DNA of 64,000 nt, from the NCBI GenBank assembly GCA_963669175.1, contig OY769902.1, forward strand, positions 4,608,001 through 4,672,000. Direction: 5' to 3'. The stretch comes from a bacterium (GTDB lineage Bacteria; Electryoneota; Electryoneia; Electryoneales; Electryoneaceae). The notes beneath the pieces are model-generated. The model made no database searches, had not been told where the DNA came from, and saw only the letters and a program-made list of their open reading frames with translations. Positions 52,267-62,805 of this stretch are shown in pieces (the first letter of the stretch is position 1; every line of letters starts with the position of its first letter). The translations under genes were made by a program, and so were the position numbers.

Positions 52267-52408
52267 GGGTGGCCCGAGTCGCTTGTGATGTTGCTTCTCT
52301 TCTGCTCCGATTGCAGCACCATGTTAAACTAAGCGTTCAAACTGAACCACTGAGCGCCTCGGGATTCCGATTTGCTGATCCGCGTGGCCCGGCGTGCTTG
52401 CACCCGGG
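52267..52408. repeat. GGCCCGA-family elements, inverted relative to 49374-49733
   Basis: Reverse complement of 52376-408 resembles 49703-733; reverse complement of 52267-366 resembles 49374-473. Confidence 0.65.
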
Positions 52409-52669
52409 CAGAAATATTTTCCGATTTCACACGAATTACAGATCAGGACAGACTGTCTGGTTCCCCCGTAAGACTACCTGAACATTTTTCGGCTCCTGCA
52501 CGGGGTAAATCAATACAAAAGGTGTGACAACTTTTAGAATCGCTCGCAGCGCAACCCATACAAAGACAGAATCACTTGAGAATCTCACCTACGAATCATC
52601 CCACGCAGCAGGGTGTCGCAGAATGGGCATACTCTCATCCCAGCGAAGCAGACAGTTTCAGAATAGAAA

Positions 52670-52825
52670 ACACTCTCATCCCAGCGAAGGCTGGGATCCA
52701 GGCAAATATCGACAAAATAACAACTTGGATACTTAAACGGCTCTCAATGTACCGCGTATCTTGACAACACTTAACCTCTTGTAATATCGCACCATGACTG
52801 GATTCCTTCTTTCGAAGGAATGAGA
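52670..52825 (+). repeat. Diverged copy of the 157-bp GIY-YIG-associated element
   Basis: acactctcatcccagcgaaggctgggatccaggcaaatatcgaca...catgactggattccttctttcgaaggaatgaga. Confidence 0.8.
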
Positions 52826-53208
52826 CTATCAGACATTCTGATACAGTCAGGCAGGCTGGGACTTGTGCGCCGAGGCGTATCTACTCCTCTTCCACTCTAT
52901 CTAATTCTTATTCAATCTGTTACATCATCATTACTGCGACATGCGACAATTCTTTTCGTCTATAACACTTTCTTAATCACCACTGAAAGGTATACTTGTC
53001 AACTGTACGATTTTGAACACTTCTTGTTCAGGTATGAACAAAATGTCAGAATTCTTGCGATCAGACAGGGATTTTCATGTAACTGCCATCGTTGACAGCG
53101 CTGTTAGCGCAGCTTATTTTGGTGAGGGAAAGTTATGAAACAAAGATGCGCAGCTCTCTATATCGGGTGATTCAGGACTCAACTTTCAAGAACACAAAAG
53201 AGGAAGAC

Positions 53209-53796
53209 ATGAGAAAGCTGATGATCGTGTTATTGGGACTGCTGGCAGTGTTGTGTTTATCGGGTTGTTCGAACACAACAGAACAGGATGAGCCGCAGAA
53301 TGCGGATGCAACCCTGGTCGCCTCCAGTTTGGATGCGGCAGAACCGTCAGACCGGGAAATTTCAGAATTCGATCCGGATGATTATGATGTCATCTTGCGT
53401 GATGATGACGACTGGTATGTTCTGCTTAATTATGTTAGCTCAAGGCGTTGCAGGACGTATTTATATCAAGGATCTGTTTATATGATTTACCATGGCGAGG
53501 AGTATTGGCAAAATGCATGGATGCTCTACGATAATGATACCCAGAGCATGTCTATCAGCTTGATCGGCCCATATGACGAAACTGATTTGCTCTACTATAC
53601 AATGGTTTATAGTGAAGAATTAGAAGACGGATACGAGTTCAATGGATCTTACGGTTGGCGAGATGAGGGCTTTGGTAATAGCATTATGATAGATTTCGTA
53701 CAGGGTAGACTTGGTTCCTTAACTGCAGATGATGATCTTGACAACATCGAAGTCAAGGAGGCCCGCATAAAAACCACTGCCGATACAATCGATTAA
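53209..53796 (+). CDS. Hypothetical acidic lipoprotein
   Basis: GAGG RBS; lipobox LSGC. Confidence 0.7.
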   Translation: MRKLMIVLLGLLAVLCLSGCSNTTEQDEPQNADATLVASSLDAAEPSDREISEFDPDDYDVILRDDDDWYVLLNYVSSRRCRTYLYQGSVYMIYHGEEYWQNAWMLYDNDTQSMSISLIGPYDETDLLYYTMVYSEELEDGYEFNGSYGWRDEGFGNSIMIDFVQGRLGSLTADDDLDNIEVKEARIKTTADTID

Positions 53797-53822
53797 GATC
53801 AGATACAGATAAACTGGACCAG

Positions 53823-53864
53823 AAAAACGGCGCATCACACAAGTGATGCGCCGTTCGTTTTTTT
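53823..53864. terminator. Bidirectional terminator between convergent genes
   Basis: aaaaacggcgcatcac-acaa-gtgatgcgccgtt..tttttt. Confidence 0.8.
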
Positions 53865-53879
53865 ATCAATAAACTGATA

Positions 53880-55403
53880 CTACTCACCCAGATCAAACTT
53901 GATCCCCTGCGCCAGCGGCAGTTGATGGGAATAGTTGACGGTGTTGGTCTGGCGACGCATGTATGCCTTCCAAGCATCGGAACCGGATTCACGGCCACCG
54001 CCGGTTTCTTTTTCACCACCGAACGCACCACCGATTTCCGCACCGGACGTACCGATGTTCACATTGGCGATACCGCAGTCGGAACCACACGGACCCATGA
54101 AAGTATTCGCTTCGATCACGTCGTTGGTGAAGATGGCGGAACTGAGTCCCTGCGGGACTTCATTGTGCCACTCGAGAACCTCGTCGAAGGAATCGTACTC
54201 GATCAGGTACAGGATCGGGGCAAAGGTCTCGTGATGCACGATATCCCAATCATGCTCGGCCTTTACGATGGTCGGCTCGACGAAGAAACCGTCACGATCA
54301 ACACGGCCGCCGCCGATCAGGATCTCGCCGTTGTGTTCCTTGATCTTGTCAATCGCAGCCATCATATCATGAATCGCCGCTTCGTTGACTAACGGACCCA
54401 TCAGGGTGTTCGCATCGAGCGGATCACCGATGTTGACCTGCTTGTACGCATTCACCAGGCGTTCGGTGAACTGCTTCGCGATGCTCTTGTGCAGGAAGAC
54501 GCGACGTGTCGAGGTGCAACGCTGACCGGCTGTACCGACTGCGCCGAACAACACGGCCGGAATCGCCATTTCCAGGTTGGCGCTCGGGGTTACGATCACG
54601 GCATTGTTGCCACCCAACTCGAGGATGGTGTTGCCCAGACGTTCGTGAACCACACGACCGACACGCTTGCCCATCGCGGTGGAACCGGTGAAGGAAATCA
54701 ACGGAACACGTGCGTCGTTGATCATACGTTCGCCGACGACACGGCCCTTGCCAATGACCAGGCCAAAAATGCCGGACAGGTCATGCTTCGCCATGACATC
54801 GTTGGCGATCTTCTGTACCGCAATCGCGGTCAGCGGACAATCGGAAGAGGGCTTCCAGATCGTGGTGTCGCCGCAAATCGCTGCCAGCGCCGAGTTCCAC
54901 GCCCAGACCGCTACCGGGAAGTTGAAGGCAGTAATGACGCCAACATTGCCCAACGGCTGCCACTGTTCCATCATAAAATGCTGCGGACGTTCGGACTTGA
55001 TGGTGAGGCCGTAAAGCATGCGGCTCTGACCGACGGCGAAATCGCAGATGTCGATCATTTCCTGAACTTCGCCCCAGCCTTCCTGCGCAATCTTGCCCAT
55101 TTCAAGGCTGACCAGCTTGCCCAGGGCGTCTTTCTTTTCACGCAGTGCATCGCCCAGGTCACGTACGATCTGACCGCGTACCGGAGCCGGAACGTCACGC
55201 CAGGTCTTGAACGCTTCGGTTGTATGTGTCAGGACTGTTTCGTAGTCCTCTTCGTTCGCCTGCAACACGGTTGCAATCGGTTTGCCGGTGGTCGGGTTAA
55301 TCGAGACCAGCTTGTCACGATCCTCGCCACCAATCCAGCCGTCAGGGCCATAACACGCACCGTAATTTACTTCTTCAATGCCCAGTTCTTTAAGGAAATC
55401 CAT
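53880..55403 (-). CDS. Aldehyde dehydrogenase, ALDH7/antiquitin-like (alpha-aminoadipic semialdehyde type)
   Basis: GEVQEMIDICDFAVGQSR, AFNFP, FTGST, LELGGNNA, GQRCT, GGGRESGSDAWK. Confidence 0.9.
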   Translation of the reverse strand: MDFLKELGIEEVNYGACYGPDGWIGGEDRDKLVSINPTTGKPIATVLQANEEDYETVLTHTTEAFKTWRDVPAPVRGQIVRDLGDALREKKDALGKLVSLEMGKIAQEGWGEVQEMIDICDFAVGQSRMLYGLTIKSERPQHFMMEQWQPLGNVGVITAFNFPVAVWAWNSALAAICGDTTIWKPSSDCPLTAIAVQKIANDVMAKHDLSGIFGLVIGKGRVVGERMINDARVPLISFTGSTAMGKRVGRVVHERLGNTILELGGNNAVIVTPSANLEMAIPAVLFGAVGTAGQRCTSTRRVFLHKSIAKQFTERLVNAYKQVNIGDPLDANTLMGPLVNEAAIHDMMAAIDKIKEHNGEILIGGGRVDRDGFFVEPTIVKAEHDWDIVHHETFAPILYLIEYDSFDEVLEWHNEVPQGLSSAIFTNDVIEANTFMGPCGSDCGIANVNIGTSGAEIGGAFGGEKETGGGRESGSDAWKAYMRRQTNTVNYSHQLPLAQGIKFDLGE

Positions 55404-55676
55404 GGTTCACCTCACCCGCTTCTTTTCTGTATCAAATGATCAGTTTCGTCGTTGCCCTCAAAAACCCGAGGGAGCCGTAAGATAGGTGAGGAGCGTTGCA
55501 CTGTCAACGATAAAATCGGGCCTCCCGGCCAAGGTAAATCATGACCACACATGTCAAACGAAAAACGGGACCAACCGTAAAGGCTCAGTCCCGGTTAAAC
55601 TCAACAGATCATGTCGTCGAGTTGTGTCAGGTCTTGCGCCGTAAAACGGCGAGTGACCTGACACTGTAATCACATT

Positions 55677-58334
55677 CTATTTCTTCAGAAACGCCCCTCG
55701 TACCGGACGATTCATATTTTCATGGTGGATCGCCTCGTCCATCTTCGCCGTATGACAGACCTTACAGTTGCCGTTGGACCCGATCGGCCAGGGCTCGCCG
55801 CCGTACTGATACGGCTGGATGTTGTCCAGGTTCTTGCCGTACGGGTTATCCTGCGCCGGATACAAGGCATGCGGGGATCCATGACAGGCCTCGCAACGAA
55901 TCTCAGCCATGCCGGTACGTCTGCGGAAGAGATCATCGAAACCGTCAACCCATTCATTGTACGCATTGGTCGCATGATCCGGCTTTTCATAATCGATATG
56001 ACAGGTCATGCAATCCGGTTCCTGTAGCCATGGTATCCGTGGATTGACCGCCTCTTTCGACTCGGCATGAGTAATCTCGAGGTTCGCCATCAGACGCCCC
56101 GCTGAAGGCTTCTCTTCCTCCTGCTTCAACAGCGCAAACGCATGTTCAGGCAACTCACCGTGACATTGCGTACACCCGATGTCCAACTGGTCATGCACAC
56201 CACGCAGGCAACGGGTAACACCGCCGGGATAGGACGGGTGGCACATGACGCAGGCGTTCATCCCTTCCAGATGCATGTAGTTTGCATGCCAGCCATGCAA
56301 TGCTGCGGATAACGACAGAACTCCATCCACTCCTTCAGCGCCGACAGCCGGGTCAGGATGGCAGCTCTGGCACAGACGCGGATTGCCGGCCATGGCGTCC
56401 TCATACAGGGTGGTTCCGTTCAAACGGTCATGCGCGGTAAGAATATTGCTCGCAGTTTCCCCGGATACCCCGGCGCCGTAATTGGTTGACCAGGGGCCGC
56501 CGTGACAGTTCAAACACCCCATTTCGGTTGAAGTCGGTGTGATAAACCCGGTTTCCGCAAGCAGTTCCCCGGTTTCCTCATCATGCGCCTGAACGGTAAA
56601 CAACGGGTAGGGATTAAAACCACCGCCGTCCGGGTAGGGCACCACTGGAATCAGGTGCGCGATAAAGTGATTCCGCCCTTCTTCCAGATCCAGTTCACCG
56701 GTCAAGCCTTTTCCGGCCAGGCCAACATTGTTCTCCAGCTCAACCCCGAAGTTCGACTTGCTGAAGTTCCAGAACTTGGAATGCTGCGAAGGATTCATAT
56801 TCTGCGCCGGGGCCGAATAGGTCAGCTTGATGCCCTCAGTCAGGATCTCAGGCGGATCACCGCGCTTGATCAACTGAGCTTCAATCGTGTTCGCCGGTGG
56901 CAGGATGACCAGGTAAGGATCACAATCGCTGATGCAGTGCATACCCAGGTCATTCCACGCCATCAGGACATACTCATTGTTATCCTTGAACTTGGGCAGT
57001 TCATCACTGGATTCAGGCGGTTTGTGCGTCGGCGGTTTGGCAACAACTTCTTTGCCGTGAAGATCACGGACGATATATGCGGCCAGGACATCACGCTCTG
57101 CATTTGTGCCTACATATGGCGGCATGAACGTCCGCACCTTGCCCTGGCCCGCCAGCGAAGCCTGCATCCCCATGTAGGTGAAATCCTTGGTCCTGACTAA
57201 CAGGTCATTCGGTCCACCCAGGGTATGACAGCTCATGCACTGCATGTAGAGCAGATCACGTCCCACAATCCCGAGTCGGTCCTTCTCTCCACCTTTAACC
57301 GGGGTAGCCCAGACCGCATCAGGAAGAATGCCGCGACGATTGTATTCGGCGACCTGATCAACCAGCATACCGTTGGAATACATGTAGTTCTGTATGATGT
57401 AGGGCTTCCGTGCGATTTCACGCATGTACTCAAAACCGCCCATCCACAAGAGGCCACAGATAGCGATTACAATTGCCAGCGCCTTGGATACCTTGGCTTG
57501 GCCTTTCAACAGGAAGAGCAATCCGGCGATAAGGATCAGTGGAGTAATCGCTGTGAAACCACCAACATAGGAAACACTTTCCGGGTTCATCTTGAATGCG
57601 GTGAAGCGCACATCCGCAGGGGTGGTCATGAGATACCAGAACCCGGTCGGAACCATCCCGATGAAGCCAACCAGCAGCCATTTCACCCCGAGACGGGACA
57701 CCTTGAAACGTGTCGCATCTTCTTTCTGCCACGCCCCGACCACAAAGGCGAATATCCCGGCAGTCATGACCGTGATGAAAGTCCGGAAGAACAACGACGC
57801 GAAATAACCGGGATTCAGGAAACCATCCCAGAAACCATGGGTGACCAGCCATTTGCCCGGCGTAAGCATGAACGACAGGATGCCGTTGATGATGAACAGG
57901 CTCAACCACGCAAACAGCGCGTAGAGAAACGCCATCACCAGGCGGTTTTTACGTGACAGCTTATCGAAGTAATAGTGGTATGCCAGCAGAGCAGCAATTT
58001 CACCTATGAAAAACACCCACTCAATCGCCCAGCCAAATACGAAGGAATGGATCAACGCGGAGGTGCCTGCCGGGGATACCAGCGCAATAGTCCACCAGAT
58101 TCCCACGCCGGACACCCCGCCGAACACCATGGTCACCAGCAGAAAAACCCAGTTGTAGCGTCGGAGGAAATCGTTCAGAATGGTGTCGTTGGTCTTGTAT
58201 GCTTTCCAGTCGGTCAGCCAGATGAACAGCCCACCGCCTACCGCAAGGTGAGAAACATACACATGTGTAATCGCTACCAGGGCAATCAGGCTGCCGCCGC
58301 CCCACTTGGTCAGTTCCCAGATCGGATAGTTCAT
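55677..58334 (-). CDS. Cytochrome bd subunit I (CydA)-like membrane domain fused to an octaheme cytochrome c
   Basis: N-terminal HVYVSH, WAIEW..F..E, EYMREIARKPY; eight CxxCH (CMSCH, CLNCH, CQSCH, CVMCH, CTQCH, CMTCH, CEACH, CKVCH); WNDLGMHC. Confidence 0.85.
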   Translation of the reverse strand: MNYPIWELTKWGGGSLIALVAITHVYVSHLAVGGGLFIWLTDWKAYKTNDTILNDFLRRYNWVFLLVTMVFGGVSGVGIWWTIALVSPAGTSALIHSFVFGWAIEWVFFIGEIAALLAYHYYFDKLSRKNRLVMAFLYALFAWLSLFIINGILSFMLTPGKWLVTHGFWDGFLNPGYFASLFFRTFITVMTAGIFAFVVGAWQKEDATRFKVSRLGVKWLLVGFIGMVPTGFWYLMTTPADVRFTAFKMNPESVSYVGGFTAITPLILIAGLLFLLKGQAKVSKALAIVIAICGLLWMGGFEYMREIARKPYIIQNYMYSNGMLVDQVAEYNRRGILPDAVWATPVKGGEKDRLGIVGRDLLYMQCMSCHTLGGPNDLLVRTKDFTYMGMQASLAGQGKVRTFMPPYVGTNAERDVLAAYIVRDLHGKEVVAKPPTHKPPESSDELPKFKDNNEYVLMAWNDLGMHCISDCDPYLVILPPANTIEAQLIKRGDPPEILTEGIKLTYSAPAQNMNPSQHSKFWNFSKSNFGVELENNVGLAGKGLTGELDLEEGRNHFIAHLIPVVPYPDGGGFNPYPLFTVQAHDEETGELLAETGFITPTSTEMGCLNCHGGPWSTNYGAGVSGETASNILTAHDRLNGTTLYEDAMAGNPRLCQSCHPDPAVGAEGVDGVLSLSAALHGWHANYMHLEGMNACVMCHPSYPGGVTRCLRGVHDQLDIGCTQCHGELPEHAFALLKQEEEKPSAGRLMANLEITHAESKEAVNPRIPWLQEPDCMTCHIDYEKPDHATNAYNEWVDGFDDLFRRRTGMAEIRCEACHGSPHALYPAQDNPYGKNLDNIQPYQYGGEPWPIGSNGNCKVCHTAKMDEAIHHENMNRPVRGAFLKK

Positions 58335-59404
58335 TGTGCCGCCCTCCTGCTGTCAGCCTGCACAACTGTGCGAATAATCCAGATCAACACCCCAATCCCC
58401 ACAACAAAAATGAGCAGGAATAACGCCAGCACCCCATATTGCGGGTTCAGGGCAAGGCTGTCCTGGGTGAAATTATCACGCAGGTACGCGAATTTCATGA
58501 CCATACGCATCAGGGCCATGACAATCACTGTCCCGACAAGATGATACAGGGTTGAGGTCACCTTGCCACGGAAGGCCATGACCAGAGCGCCGATTACCAG
58601 CAGGATTCCAAGAAAAAGGAGGGCTGTACCGAAGATATTCCGTCCCATGTACTGGAACATGATATCCTCCGGCAGGGCAATCAGCAGCCAGAATCCTGTA
58701 AGGATTTGTACGATGGTCGCATAGGCAAACACATTCAGGCCGCTTCGAATTTTAACAGGGGCCACTTCCTGCCCGCGCTTTTCCCTGATCTGCCATACCA
58801 GCGCTGAGAACAGACCGCCCGAAGCAAGCGCAGCCGGGAGGAAATGGAAATACTTCGGCCAGACAGTAGAGTCTGCAAGATTCAGAAAACTGCCGTCCCG
58901 ATGCGTGAAATAGGCGCCCCAGCGTTCCGGCTGCAACATCAGGCTCATATTATTAACGAACATGAAGCCGATATAGAGGAAGATTACCAGCGCCACTCCC
59001 AGCATGAAGGTAGCAGCGCCCTGCTTTGCATTGGCATGGATATAAATCCCGTAATAGGCGATGATCAGCAGCGGGATAATCCACATCCACCAGCTCGCCA
59101 TCAAAATGGAACTGGTATAATACAGGTGCCCGTACACCACCTGGATACATAACAGGGGAACAATCCCTGCATTGATCGCCAGTGCAAGCGTGCCCGGGAT
59201 TTTCCGTATGGATGGCCCGGCCAGTGTGGTTGGCATCGTATCGCCCGCCCCACGGATGCGTGACCAGAACAGCAACAGTCCGCCACCCACGACCACATTG
59301 ATCATGAGGATGTGCGCCACAAAGGCTAACTGTTCCAGGGCTTCGAAAATCCACCAGGGCGCCGGAATCGGATCAGGCGTCGGTATCAGAGCAGCAGGGT
59401 CCAA
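58331..59404 (-). CDS. Polytopic membrane partner subunit (bd-superfamily-like)
   Basis: TTG start after GGAGG; H.L..N..VGG, GIVPLL..QV.YG, W.KYFHF; stop codon overlaps the next start (ATGA). Confidence 0.75.
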   Translation of the reverse strand: MDPAALIPTPDPIPAPWWIFEALEQLAFVAHILMINVVVGGGLLLFWSRIRGAGDTMPTTLAGPSIRKIPGTLALAINAGIVPLLCIQVVYGHLYYTSSILMASWWMWIIPLLIIAYYGIYIHANAKQGAATFMLGVALVIFLYIGFMFVNNMSLMLQPERWGAYFTHRDGSFLNLADSTVWPKYFHFLPAALASGGLFSALVWQIREKRGQEVAPVKIRSGLNVFAYATIVQILTGFWLLIALPEDIMFQYMGRNIFGTALLFLGILLVIGALVMAFRGKVTSTLYHLVGTVIVMALMRMVMKFAYLRDNFTQDSLALNPQYGVLALFLLIFVVGIGVLIWIIRTVVQADSRRAAQ

Positions 59405-59683
59405 AACAACCTCCCTCAACATGGCTGTCACAGCCAGTCGATGTTGTGGACTTGTAGATGGGTAAGTCTATGAATATAATCACTAATCGATTGAATATAG
59501 GCGGGAGTCGGACATTCTCCAACTTTCGCAAGGGATTCGAGCAAGTTTGGAGTGTCGAACCGCGCCCTGACCTGACCATAGTCTCAAGGGATTTACAGGA
59601 TGGACAGGATATGAAGGATGGACAGGATGACTGAAGTAATTAAGAATTAAGAATGGGGATGTTCAATTAGGAATTGCACGTTT

Positions 59684-59936
59684 CGTCAGGTCTTGACGTG
59701 ATGCTTTTTTCTTATTCTTCTACGTAATCACAAACACCTGTACGACTTCACACCTGCTATTTCGCACGATATATAGTCCAGGCATCACGTTGTGACCTGA
59801 CGATAGCGAGAGTGCTGACACCGGGGTGGCAGGTCACAACGCGACAATAACAGGACTAGAGGTGGTTTCAGTATCATCATGCATGCAAGAAAACATAGCA
59901 AAAGCCGAAAACGGAATGTCGCGTCAAGACCTGCCA
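59684..59936. repeat. Two inverted ~115-bp elements with CAGGTC/GACCTG ends; compact copy at 55624-55664
   Basis: cgtcaggtcttgacg...cgttgtgacctgacg and tggcaggtcacaacg...cgtcaagacctgcca. Confidence 0.65.
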
Positions 59937-60073
59937 CAACATTGCAAATAGAAATTGACAAGAAATTAGGAATTAGAAATGAGGAATTGAAAGATACCAC
60001 CTGTCTTCGGCATGATAGGAGCTATTGCCTATAAGAATAACTTTGTAACTTTATAACTTTACAACTTTCAAAC

Positions 60074-62365
60074 TTATTTGACCAACATCACCTTCCGTAC
60101 TGCCGACCATCCCCCCGCCTGCACCCGGACGAAATAGGTGCCTGACGGCCCCTGAGCATGCCAGCCGATACGGCGCCAGCCTGCGTTCAATGGCCCCTGG
60201 TGCAGGGTTTCAACCTGACGCCCCAAGATATCAAACACATCCACACGAACGTCACTACGCTCAGGCACTCCGATTACCACATGCAGACGTGAGTTGAACG
60301 GATTCGGGTACAACGTGCCCAGCTCCCACGTTTCCGGGATGCCATCTTCGGTTCTCTCCGCCACACCGGTCAGGAAAAAGTCGAACGTCTGCCGGGAAAG
60401 GGTACGATGCCCTGCAAGATCCTCCGCGATCACACGCCAGCGGTAATGCTCGTCCCATTCAAACTGCGATTCATCCACGGTGAAAAAGGTGTCCAGCCCG
60501 GCATCATAGGTGATTGGATCATCAAACTGGTCCACCGGCGAGAGTTCCAGGACATACCGGACCGTATCACCACGAGTAAAATCCCAGGCACGGTTCCAGG
60601 TAAACGTCACCGGCACTTCGATCAGCAACTCGTCTTCCGTCGGGGAAAGCAGGTCAAAGGGTCGCGGACGCAAGTCTTCACTGGTAACATACAGTTCACG
60701 CACCTCACTGGTATCCATCAGCCAGACATCATCATAGGCGATCACTCGCCAATAATAGGTATTTTCATAGTCAAACCAGCTCACCACACGGCTCGGCTGG
60801 GGAATGAAATAATATCTGTCCGGGTCGGTAAACTCCTCATCCAGCGACAGTTCCAGGATGTAATGAACTGTATCCTCCGGGTTTGGGTCAGTAGCCTCCT
60901 CCCAGATGAACAGGATGGGTAGGGTGTCGTTTGTGGCCTGATCAGCCGGGAAAGACAATGATGGACCAACGGGATTTTGGAAATTGGTAAATGGGGTTTC
61001 TGAGAAAGGAATCACATCCAGTAAGGTACTGACCGTATCGCCTTGGCCGTTGGGATTTTGCTCTTCATGGTATGGTCCGGATGGATGTCCCCAGAAGTTG
61101 TCAACGACAGTCATTGTGCATTGATTTGCATGTTGTGGAATCAGTCCACATGCCATTGGACGATTCCTGTAAAAGTCATTCCCGCTTGCTTGTATTTCTG
61201 TAGAAGGTTTCGCATTTACGACACCATAGAAAGGAGTATTACATGTATCAGGGCAAGCATTATTACAAAGCATATTGCCATTCATTGTCACTGTGTAGTT
61301 ATTTCCATTAGACATAACGGACATTATAGCAGTAGCCTTTGGGCTTTGATTTCCTACTATTATATTATTCTCAACCATCATATTACTAAATGCTGCTATT
61401 CCGGCGGCCTCTCTTTCTGACGTATTATTACCTATATAATTCTCCTCTATAAGTGCGTTTTCCGCTATGGTTGAGATCAATATTCCACCTCCATAGCCTA
61501 CTTCTAATTCATAATCCACTACATTATTAGCAATATAGTTATTTTTAATTTCTATGCTATCAATATTACTTACACTCACTCCTCCGCCACCACCACTACT
61601 ATTATTTATAATCATATTACCAACTATTTCTATTATTCTCCCATCTATAACACTAAGTCCACCACCTTTAAAATGTGATATATTATTACCTATGATGTTA
61701 TTATTTATTATTCCGGATGATGCTGCTATATATATTCCTCCAGCCGACATTCCACTACTATTATTTACTATTCTACTGTTTTTAATATTAATTATAGAAT
61801 TTATTGCTGATATTGCTCCTGCCGAGTTACTTGAATTGTTTGATATAATAATACAATTTTCTATACCAATATTACCATCTATACAAGCTATTGCTCCCGC
61901 ATAATAACTATAATTATCATTTATAAAACAATATTTCATATTTATTGTGCTATTTCTCACATATATTGCACCCGCTTCTGAATACAAAGAATCTTCTCTA
62001 AAATTTTCAATTTTTATGCCTACAATATCAACTTCTATTGCTTGTTCAGTGTCAATTATGATAAATTTACCTCTTCCATTACCATTCATTACTGTATTAC
62101 ATATAATACTACTATCTCCCTCATCAAGATACATGCTAGCTATTGTTAAGCTTGCTTCCAAAAATAAATATTCTGTATACTCTCCAGGCATAATTAACAC
62201 TGTATCTGATGGTTGAGAAAGATCAATTGCATCTTGTATTGTTTCATGTTGCACAGGAACATATAATATATCTGCATAAATATTATTACTATAAACAAAT
62301 AAAAATATAACAAAAGGATAAAACCATGAATATCCTTTCCTTACAAAATACAATATTACCTTCAT
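60074..62365 (-). CDS. Secreted parallel beta-helix protein with FN3-like modules and T9SS-type CTD
   Basis: VP...TIQDAID...DTVL..PG.Y; GGG beta-helix repeats; two YYWRVIA-type modules; YPNPFN; AGGAGG RBS. Confidence 0.82.
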   Translation of the reverse strand: MKVILYFVRKGYSWFYPFVIFLFVYSNNIYADILYVPVQHETIQDAIDLSQPSDTVLIMPGEYTEYLFLEASLTIASMYLDEGDSSIICNTVMNGNGRGKFIIIDTEQAIEVDIVGIKIENFREDSLYSEAGAIYVRNSTINMKYCFINDNYSYYAGAIACIDGNIGIENCIIISNNSSNSAGAISAINSIINIKNSRIVNNSSGMSAGGIYIAASSGIINNNIIGNNISHFKGGGLSVIDGRIIEIVGNMIINNSSGGGGGVSVSNIDSIEIKNNYIANNVVDYELEVGYGGGILISTIAENALIEENYIGNNTSEREAAGIAAFSNMMVENNIIVGNQSPKATAIMSVMSNGNNYTVTMNGNMLCNNACPDTCNTPFYGVVNAKPSTEIQASGNDFYRNRPMACGLIPQHANQCTMTVVDNFWGHPSGPYHEEQNPNGQGDTVSTLLDVIPFSETPFTNFQNPVGPSLSFPADQATNDTLPILFIWEEATDPNPEDTVHYILELSLDEEFTDPDRYYFIPQPSRVVSWFDYENTYYWRVIAYDDVWLMDTSEVRELYVTSEDLRPRPFDLLSPTEDELLIEVPVTFTWNRAWDFTRGDTVRYVLELSPVDQFDDPITYDAGLDTFFTVDESQFEWDEHYRWRVIAEDLAGHRTLSRQTFDFFLTGVAERTEDGIPETWELGTLYPNPFNSRLHVVIGVPERSDVRVDVFDILGRQVETLHQGPLNAGWRRIGWHAQGPSGTYFVRVQAGGWSAVRKVMLVK

Positions 62366-62403
62366 GGCCCTATCCTCCTGTTATACATTTAAACAGATTC
62401 TAT

Positions 62404-62805
62404 TTAATCAGAAATAGTTGTCTTAAAAAATGCTGTTCCTCCGTTACCAAAACCAATAGTAATATGGTGCGTAATTGTATTATTTTGTGTTGATGAAATA
62501 GAATAATCCACAGGACCTAAATTGCGTACACTTTCTCCCAAAGTACGATTAAGATCATGAAAACCAATAATACCATTTTCATCTCTAATCGTAATATCTG
62601 TCTCAATGTAGTTTATATTCCCTGTTACATTTGTTGTATTAATTACAGCTGTTGTTGGTATAGGCGTTGCATATGCATAATAACCATATGTTTCCGAATT
62701 GCCCGGAGCTAACACGTCAGTATACACAGTTGTTGCGTACGTAAGGACACACACGCCTAATACACCAAGTACCACAAAGATCGTACTAATCATCTTCTTA
62801 CTCAT
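62404..62805 (-). CDS. Hypothetical secreted protein (AT-rich)
   Basis: AAGGAG RBS; signal peptide MSKKMISTIFVVLG. Confidence 0.65.
   Translation of the reverse strand: MSKKMISTIFVVLGVLGVCVLTYATTVYTDVLAPGNSETYGYYAYATPIPTTAVINTTNVTGNINYIETDITIRDENGIIGFHDLNRTLGESVRNLGPVDYSISSTQNNTITHHITIGFGNGGTAFFKTTISD

Noticed and set aside
59500-59580. tRNA-like sequence (GGTTCGA on the minus strand)
   Set aside because: No cloverleaf or acceptor stem could be built; no tRNA or rRNA gene was recognised in the window.
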